Source: a virus
Direction: 5' to 3' (one strand)
Length of the DNA: 64,000 nucleotides
IMG/VR virus record: IMGVR_UViG_3300046323_000360
Span: 1 to 64,000 of that record
Positions 46,701 through 52,747 of this stretch are shown here, piece after piece (position 1 is the stretch's first letter; each line of letters begins with the position of its first letter). The position numbers and the translations under genes are program-made. The notes below the pieces were generated by a model that did not search any database, had not been told where the DNA came from, and worked only from the letters and a program-made list of their open reading frames with translations.

Positions 46701-48899
46701 CTTGTCCTCTATGTAGCCAGGAACTCCAGTATCTTCTGCCCATACTTCTTCCATGATGTATTCATCATTAGAGAAGTTACCGCGGTCGCGCTTTGCGTGA
46801 GTAGCAGTGTAGTAGCCGAGAGCATCCTTGTGGCGAAGCTGGCAATATCCCTTGGCACGTGGGCCCATATATTTGGCTAGGTGCTTAACGCAACGCTTCC
46901 AGTCGCCAGGGGTTCCCCAGCGAATCTTAGCAGCTCCCTCTCCACGTACCCAGTAGCGGCGAAGTTTCTCTGCATTTCCACGGTTACGGTCTAGACCACC
47001 GGCAGCTGTTAAAGCTTCGATAGGGTCTACCTCTAGAAATGAAAGGAATACCTGAGCAAACAGACTTGCAGCGATAGGGGTCTTAATTCCATCTACCTGC
47101 TTCAGTATGTCGTCAAGAATCTCATTAGTAATCATGACTACAGGAGGTGGAGTGGCAGACTGCATATCTCTAGCAATCTGAGGATCCTCTACCCATTTCT
47201 TATCTTGTCTCTTGAAAGTTGCAGGAGCAGTGCTGGTAGCACTAGCAGGAATAAGAGCGACCAAATCCATAACTGCAGCAGGGTCTTCAGGAGATACGAT
47301 AGCAAAATACTTTGGCGGGACATCAGTAGTTTCTGGGGTCAGAGCAGTATCTGACCCGGCAGCAATAATTGAAAAATTACCTTTAAACTTGGTAATTCCC
47401 CAGCGAGAAGTAGCTTTAGCAGCATCGGCGGCACTACTAGGCTTATAAGACTTACGCATGTCTGAAACATACTTAGTCCAGTCGGTAAGCATGGTATGAA
47501 TTTGCTTAGCATCCATCGGAGGAAGAGTTCCAGGAATATGTGCTTTTGGCTGATTAATTGGAGTGCGAGGTTCTCCAATAATTCCAGAAAGATCTATAAC
47601 GTTTGGCTCATTAGACACCTGAGTAGCATTGGGTCTAGATGCATTGGTATTTCCCTCTGGATAAAGAAATTTACCATCAACATTGACTTCATTACCAGAA
47701 TCTAGTTTTACCTTTACGGTCCCATCTGGATTGGTGCCTACTACAGTACCCTTGCCTTTAGTTTGGTCGTTTCCAACAGCAACTCGATCGTTACTCTTGA
47801 TCCACCAGCCTTTAGCATTTCTAGACTGCTTCTGTACGTTCTGAGATCTCTCGTCTGGCGTGTAGCCATCAGACGGAGCAGCATTAGGGTCGGAACCAGT
47901 AGAAGTAGGGTTAGCAAACTCGTTTGCCGATGCCATAAGAACTAGGTCTAGGATATCTATATCTTCAGAGATAATCCCCTGAGCCATAAGCTCGGCTTCA
48001 TCAGCATCAATGGTGTCGATGCTTACAGCCGAGTAAGGGTCTGAAGCAAGTCTTCCAGCAATGATTACAGCAGATTCAGGGTCAATGATGAAATAGTCAT
48101 AATCTATCTGCTGATCTGAGTCAGCATCAAGAGCAGCATCTAGTGACCAGATATTGGAGTCAATGTCACCTAGGTTGTCCCAGGCATTGTCATCCCAAAG
48201 GGCAACAGCTCCGTTTATGTCTACCTTATATAGTCGATCAATTCGACCATCGTTAAGTCTAACTCTGGCTACAAACTCTGGACCGTAGGTCTCATCAAGT
48301 TCATATGCCTCATCAAATGCTCTAAGTGCATCTATGTTAGGTCCGCTAGCATCGGCAGTTAGTGCGTTCTCACGCTCTACTATCTTCTTAGCCCAACGCC
48401 ATCCAGCATCTCCACCCCAAAGTGCCCAAGCGATACGCCCGTTAGATGGGAAGTTATCTTCTCCAGGCTCCCAGCCTTTACCCTTCTTGTCAACTTCGTG
48501 ACGAGGGAAATACTTAGCAACATGTCTAAGCTTTTCAATACCAATCTGCCCGCCTTTAGCAAGAGTGCGAGCAGTATTCATACCTACCGGGGTTCCGCCG
48601 CGGTGGTGCTCCTTGTGCCACTCCAAAGCCTTCTTTGCTTCAGCCTGGACGCCACTAGGAATGGTATACATTCTGCTACCAGAAGCAGAAATAGGAGTGA
48701 GAGCATTGAATGATTTCTCGACTAGCTCCATAGTAGAGGTAGAGAACTCGATTGCAGCCTGAGACCATGTTCTCTTGCTAGAAAGGTGCTCTAGGTCACC
48801 AGTCTCGACTATTAGGTTGAGATTGATGTCTACAACAATCCCCTGACCGTCTAGCCCAAAAAGGGCAAGGTTGCTGGAGTGTCCAGAGTATTCAAACAT
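43725..48899 (-). CDS. Giant multidomain capsid maturation protease fusion (1724 aa)
   Basis: Protease-like core (ESGDGR.F...LPLPLLWQ...GHNGSVVVGRID; GVSADLD; IFGHIAAW; SGDWR) upstream of the capsid gene, flanked by two pairs of internal repeats. Confidence 0.8.
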   Translation of the reverse strand: MFEYSGHSSNLALFGLDGQGIVVDINLNLIVETGDLEHLSSKRTWSQAAIEFSTSTMELVEKSFNALTPISASGSRMYTIPSGVQAEAKKALEWHKEHHRGGTPVGMNTARTLAKGGQIGIEKLRHVAKYFPRHEVDKKGKGWEPGEDNFPSNGRIAWALWGGDAGWRWAKKIVERENALTADASGPNIDALRAFDEAYELDETYGPEFVARVRLNDGRIDRLYKVDINGAVALWDDNAWDNLGDIDSNIWSLDAALDADSDQQIDYDYFIIDPESAVIIAGRLASDPYSAVSIDTIDADEAELMAQGIISEDIDILDLVLMASANEFANPTSTGSDPNAAPSDGYTPDERSQNVQKQSRNAKGWWIKSNDRVAVGNDQTKGKGTVVGTNPDGTVKVKLDSGNEVNVDGKFLYPEGNTNASRPNATQVSNEPNVIDLSGIIGEPRTPINQPKAHIPGTLPPMDAKQIHTMLTDWTKYVSDMRKSYKPSSAADAAKATSRWGITKFKGNFSIIAAGSDTALTPETTDVPPKYFAIVSPEDPAAVMDLVALIPASATSTAPATFKRQDKKWVEDPQIARDMQSATPPPVVMITNEILDDILKQVDGIKTPIAASLFAQVFLSFLEVDPIEALTAAGGLDRNRGNAEKLRRYWVRGEGAAKIRWGTPGDWKRCVKHLAKYMGPRAKGYCQLRHKDALGYYTATHAKRDRGNFSNDEYIMEEVWAEDTGVPGYIEDKHLLTPVEDIQAEHDDIYDNEWEPDFEIIEAMEEISQCADDEFIALIAAGGLDRNKGNAEELRHYWTRGEGALKIRWGTPGDWTRCVRHLTKYMGVRAKGYCQLRHKEVTGVYTGSKFNPGKNNNKAYFSLFNSEEEMDTAMIAAAALTAKADFARERVLGIVASGNSNGASFKIPLLIPETMESGDGRKFKKDAIEVRDLPLPLLWQIKTGEGHNGSVVVGRIDHMERTEDGIGNAYGVFDTGPYGREAERLVRNGFIRGVSADLDQFEAKEYEPEASEKSDEISKQKLIINHARVMAATIVAKPAFQECTIFIDGESANQEEELIPQDGIYEESVDSFVAAEALTASGFLESEIPVTPPSEWFQKPALTKATPLTIDTNGYIFGHIAAWHVNHIGMPRATRPPRSKSKYAYFHTGVVRTAEGKDVPVGQLTLAGGHASLHASAEQAAKHYDDTASAIADVHAGEDDYGIWVAGSLRPDVTEAQIRALRASAPSGDWRPIGGSLELVAVCQVNVPGFPIARAMVASGKVMALVAAGAYDMAVLKSEAVMSLSLKAQKMSELGAITEAALQRAEAEFGYIPRAKREEYASKGWALPDGSFPIKTKDDIKAAIHAYGRAKDKEAARKHIVKRARALKVADLIPEEWKKPKTVAASAQVESLRERALVASAIAELATISEQERKALAEEGAALPDGSYPIRNEKDLKNAIKAYGRSNPKDRAKVRAHIRKRARALKLAVLVPEEWKSASSMEASSALDEMRAIIASISEFANSADAKGTISEEELKKLADAKAEADKQTADEIKLAEDIKAGKTTAQDAYDKNGRTKYTPVTQPRDARGKYRKVLARLRQDLGVAGLQDALNKVQTAENLEFAGNYVDSAKASGKLLEMIDRLDSKALNPRSLENVRATAKELGTVISNLPLPFGKDADKLRFSDLPAGLKDLIKGMISRVEDKIGKKDADIATASLKSYMSGADVYSQGEVQSEMSTLLRLLT

Positions 48900-48907
48900 A
48901 AGTGGGG

Positions 48908-49273
48908 TTACTCCTGGGTAGGAACGCTAATGATGTCCTTGTGGTCAATAATCTTGACTGCATACTTCTCTAGCTCACTGACATCTAGCTCGCCATTGTC
49001 GTACATTTTTACAGCAACGTGGTCACCATCAAAATCTTCAGATAGGAGAGAATCATCAACTACACCATTATCCTCGTCCGAGGACCAGTCGAGCTGATAG
49101 ATATCATCCTGAGCTAGGTCAGTATCGATACGACTTTCTTCGCGAGTGACAAGATCCCAGGTACCGCCAGTGCGAATGAACATACCCATAGGAAAGAAGG
49201 CAAATAAGCCCTCAATGGAATCATCCTGAGGGTTCACATAGAACCAAACTGTTACTATATCGTCCATTGCCAT
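48908..49273 (-). CDS. Acidic hypothetical protein
   Basis: 121-aa ORF; extended -10 TGGTAAAAT upstream. Confidence 0.7.
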   Translation of the reverse strand: MAMDDIVTVWFYVNPQDDSIEGLFAFFPMGMFIRTGGTWDLVTREESRIDTDLAQDDIYQLDWSSDEDNGVVDDSLLSEDFDGDHVAVKMYDNGELDVSELEKYAVKIIDHKDIISVPTQE

Positions 49274-49341
49274 TGGCTTAACTCTCTCTGTTGCTGAGGG
49301 AAATATCTCTATACATAGAGTATAGTCTTATTTTACCATCA

Positions 49342-49818
49342 TTATTGATTATTGTTATTATTGACAGTTATATTATTGATATCCCTAAAAACAATTTCTT
49401 TGGCAGCCTCTGGGACCGTTCCAAGCATTAGTTTTAGATCAGAATCAGATGCTGTCTTTAGATCTAGATATTTCTTTATATGCTTACCAGACTCTAAATC
49501 ATCATATGAATATGAAATCATAGTCTTATAGCTACGAATATTTCGATTAGCTACCCTAGCTTTTAGTCGATCTTCTATTCTAGATATGAATTTAATAAAC
49601 TCGTCTGAAAACTGCAGCTCTTCAGCAGAATTCTTAAATTCTATTTGCTTTGCTTCATCTGTAATTAAGTCTTTAAACTTATCTGATGTGCCATAGAAGT
49701 AGAAATTGTCTGCATGCTTGTCCCAGGTTGCGCCGTCAGAGCTGTAGTAGTCAGACTGGTCAGCATTTAGCAGGGCACTACTGACTCTGGCTACGCTTAT
49801 TACTTTTGATGTGCTCAT
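49342..49818 (-). CDS. Hypothetical protein; candidate immunity/antitoxin for the upstream effector
   Basis: Starts 2 nt after the stop of the ART-ending ORF; AT-rich. The functional call is positional only. Confidence 0.55.
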   Translation of the reverse strand: MSTSKVISVARVSSALLNADQSDYYSSDGATWDKHADNFYFYGTSDKFKDLITDEAKQIEFKNSAEELQFSDEFIKFISRIEDRLKARVANRNIRSYKTMISYSYDDLESGKHIKKYLDLKTASDSDLKLMLGTVPEAAKEIVFRDINNITVNNNNNQ

Positions 49819-49819
49819 G

Positions 49820-52609
49820 TTATAAGATGTCTTTCTTTCTAACTTGAAGAATACCTCTATTTAATACTACAAAATAGCTTACTCCACCGCTGCCGCCATC
49901 TACTTCTATTGCATCGTATCCGGCTAGTGCATAGTAACTAGATGCTTTATTTATAGGTAGATCCGAGACTAACCCTCTAGCTCTGGAAATAACATCTGAA
50001 CTAGCTTCATCCGTGCCTGGATCTAATTCATTAGCGATCAATGATCGCATCATCTGATCTAGGGCATCCCTAAGTACAGATTCATTAGGCATATTTGAAT
50101 CTTTAGAAAACCCTAATCTTCCTCTACCTAGAACTGCGACTTTAGCCTTAGGATCTATTGCCATCTCTAGTATTACGCTTCCGTATCCTCTAGCTTCTGC
50201 AGATGTGCCGGCAGTATAAGTACCATCACCGTACGCAGTGGTAGTCGAGTAGTATGATGGAGTTGATCCAGTTGCAAATGCCCTGTGTAGATCTTTCCCG
50301 GAATAGTGAGTACCGTCAGTTGTAGCTGCATTTACTCCACGGAATACCGTAGACCATCCTGGAGTAAAATCATCCACTAGCTGAGGCTTATTACTACCAA
50401 ATCCAAGAATTCTTCCGAGCCTTTGAGCTGTTCTAGATCCGAATATAGTGCCTGGTCCATATTTAGTTCTATCCATTTCAGGATAGTTAGCCGAGTTATT
50501 CTCTGCTAGAACTGTGTCTATCAATGACAATGCAGCTTGACCAAAGGCATCCTTGAACTTCTGTCTCCAAGCAGTACTTTTCTTACCCTTAGCATATCCA
50601 TAAGACTCTAGTAGATTCTCAAACCAAGCTGCTCCATTTCCGGATGCAACCATCTGAGCAAATAACTCCGCAAAATTCTCTGCAGGGCTAGCTGCTCCTC
50701 TAGTGCTTACATCTGGAACAGGATTATCAGTTGCTGATTTATCACTAGAGGTACTAGCCTTGGCCTGCACCTGATCACCTGTTAGACCGTATCTTCCAAG
50801 AATATAATCTCTTCTTTTTTGAAGAGTACCCTTTAGAGAACTAGCTACTGTAGGGTCAGTAATTATCGAGTCAACTATTGTAGAGATATCAGAATCAGCT
50901 AGTTTTAGAAGACGCTTAGCACTGTCAGTCTGGTCCTGCTGAGACATCGAGCTAAATAAGCGTACTGCGCCAGAGTTTGTACCGCCGCTAGTGAATGTAC
51001 CTAGCTCGGTTACTGAGTCTCCAAAACTACTACCCTTTGCATCTCCCCTAGCTCGGTAGAGTAGTGCTCCTCCAACATCAATTCTAACAGGGTTTCCATT
51101 TGCGTCGGTGACAATATTATTGTTATACGGAGCGTCCCAGTTGCCTAGGAATGCATCTACAGCAAAACCCTCCTGAACTTTCTTCAGGTAGGCTGCATCA
51201 TTATTTACCTTGGCATCAAAGTTTTCTTGGACTCCTGCAACATACTCTGCATATGTTGCAGCTCTTCCATTTATATTTGCAGGAAGTATATCTGCAGTAT
51301 CTATACCAAGAAACTTATATAGAGCTGATGCAAGTCTCTCATTTTGACCATGAAGCTCTGTCTTTTGGAATTTTGCATATACTTTAGTTCCAGTAGTAGG
51401 GTCTTGCCATGTTCCACCTGGGTTTGATCCCTGAGCACCTCCAACATTATTCCATGAAGATAGGTCAGTCGGTGTTGACTGGGCAGCCGCTATATTATTA
51501 GCATCATCACTAGGTCCAGCTGTATTTAGAGTAGAGTCTGCTACAGATGTAGATGAAGATTCTGGTGCAGCATTGTAGAATTTGTGAAGATCTGAACCAA
51601 TCCTCTTTGAATTCTGAGAGCCATAGAGCTTCTCGGATAGTTGATGACCTACCTCGTGAGCTATGAAATGTTTATAAGCCTCTTGCTTATTGCTAAAGGA
51701 TGTAGACCAATATCCAGGATGCCCCTTTGCAATTGATATCTGGTCAGATACCTTATCCACATATATGTGAATTGCATCTGCGTTATCGTAGGTGAATCCA
51801 ATGGTATTGCCATCTACACCAGAAATTCCAGCAGGTAAGGCGCTACTATTGTCGAGAAGGTGTACTCGTACTTTTTCTTTGTAAAGCCCGCCTTCTCTTA
51901 GAGCGCCAAGAGCAGCAGAGGTGGCAGCAAAGTCTTCATGAGAAGCTTTAGGACTTAGTTTTCCAGTTCCATCTACAGCCATATGAACAACAACAATGTT
52001 GCCCGTATTTGCATCAGTTACTTCGATGTGAGCCGTTTTTTGGTCTGATACTTTACTCTTAAGGCTATCTATAGTGGTTAGCTGAGCTTTATATAAGGCT
52101 TCTGGGCGTGATACACCATTATTTGTGAAAGCATCGAATATGTCATTCTTTATGGAATCAGCATGAGCCTTAGCACCCTTAATATCCCATGATCCGGAAA
52201 CTCCAGCATAGAGAGGTCTAAGATCGGGAAGAGCATCTCTGTAGTCTATAATAGCAGCGTCATATGATTGAGATATATTTACTGGGGTAGTTCCAGTTCT
52301 AGCCTTATTACGGAACCTAGCGTTAATCATAGCTACACTCTTAGGATCTAGAAATCCATCTGAAACGTAGTTATGAGGTGTATAAGAATTAGCTGGATCC
52401 AAACTATCTAGCTGGAAATTCATCAAATCAATGATGGCATTCTTATATGCTTCGGTATCGTTATTTTGTCTAGCAAGGCGGGTAGCCTGTATTAGTTCAC
52501 TTAGCTTAGCGCTATCGTGCCCTGCAGGAATATTACTGTATACATTATCTTCTAAATCAGACAAAGATTTCCAAGAAGAATCTAGCTCAACTCTAGATGG
52601 GGCTGACAC
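49820..52609 (-). CDS. Polyvalent effector segment: zincin metallopeptidase + HipA/PI3-4K-like kinase + ADP-ribosyltransferase-like domain (probably expressed as a -1 frameshift extension)
   Basis: Peptidase HEVGH ... ENFAELF; kinase GSNPGG/YAKF/NERLAS/GNWD/RIDVGG; ART VFRGV/YGDGTY/GYDAI/YFVVLNR. Frame is open up to the slip site at 52747, and there is no good SD before the GTG at 52609. Confidence 0.75.
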   Translation of the reverse strand: MSAPSRVELDSSWKSLSDLEDNVYSNIPAGHDSAKLSELIQATRLARQNNDTEAYKNAIIDLMNFQLDSLDPANSYTPHNYVSDGFLDPKSVAMINARFRNKARTGTTPVNISQSYDAAIIDYRDALPDLRPLYAGVSGSWDIKGAKAHADSIKNDIFDAFTNNGVSRPEALYKAQLTTIDSLKSKVSDQKTAHIEVTDANTGNIVVVHMAVDGTGKLSPKASHEDFAATSAALGALREGGLYKEKVRVHLLDNSSALPAGISGVDGNTIGFTYDNADAIHIYVDKVSDQISIAKGHPGYWSTSFSNKQEAYKHFIAHEVGHQLSEKLYGSQNSKRIGSDLHKFYNAAPESSSTSVADSTLNTAGPSDDANNIAAAQSTPTDLSSWNNVGGAQGSNPGGTWQDPTTGTKVYAKFQKTELHGQNERLASALYKFLGIDTADILPANINGRAATYAEYVAGVQENFDAKVNNDAAYLKKVQEGFAVDAFLGNWDAPYNNNIVTDANGNPVRIDVGGALLYRARGDAKGSSFGDSVTELGTFTSGGTNSGAVRLFSSMSQQDQTDSAKRLLKLADSDISTIVDSIITDPTVASSLKGTLQKRRDYILGRYGLTGDQVQAKASTSSDKSATDNPVPDVSTRGAASPAENFAELFAQMVASGNGAAWFENLLESYGYAKGKKSTAWRQKFKDAFGQAALSLIDTVLAENNSANYPEMDRTKYGPGTIFGSRTAQRLGRILGFGSNKPQLVDDFTPGWSTVFRGVNAATTDGTHYSGKDLHRAFATGSTPSYYSTTTAYGDGTYTAGTSAEARGYGSVILEMAIDPKAKVAVLGRGRLGFSKDSNMPNESVLRDALDQMMRSLIANELDPGTDEASSDVISRARGLVSDLPINKASSYYALAGYDAIEVDGGSGGVSYFVVLNRGILQVRKKDIL

Positions 52610-52695
52610 AGTAGTTGCACTAGAGCCGTCAGATCCCTTAACCTTGAGCTGACGCAGTCCAGATAAGTCGAACTGTCTTCCAGGTGGCGTGCTCG

Positions 52696-52747
52696 GGGCT
52701 GGAGACCCTGGGGTAGCCCCAGGACCCGCAGCCCTATTTATTTTGGG
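52696..52747 (-). promoter_or_regulatory. -1 programmed ribosomal frameshift signal in head-module gene
   Basis: C_CCA_AAA (52747-52741), then TAAATA, then the hairpin GGGCTGCGGGTCCTGGGG-CTA-CCCCAGGGTCTCCAGCCC. Confidence 0.85.

Noticed and set aside
52610-52747. Split between the 970-aa and 929-aa ORFs as a pseudogene or assembly indel
   Set aside because: The break falls exactly at a canonical slippery heptamer with an optimally spaced strong hairpin and a directly adjacent stop, which is unlikely by chance. Reads should still be checked.
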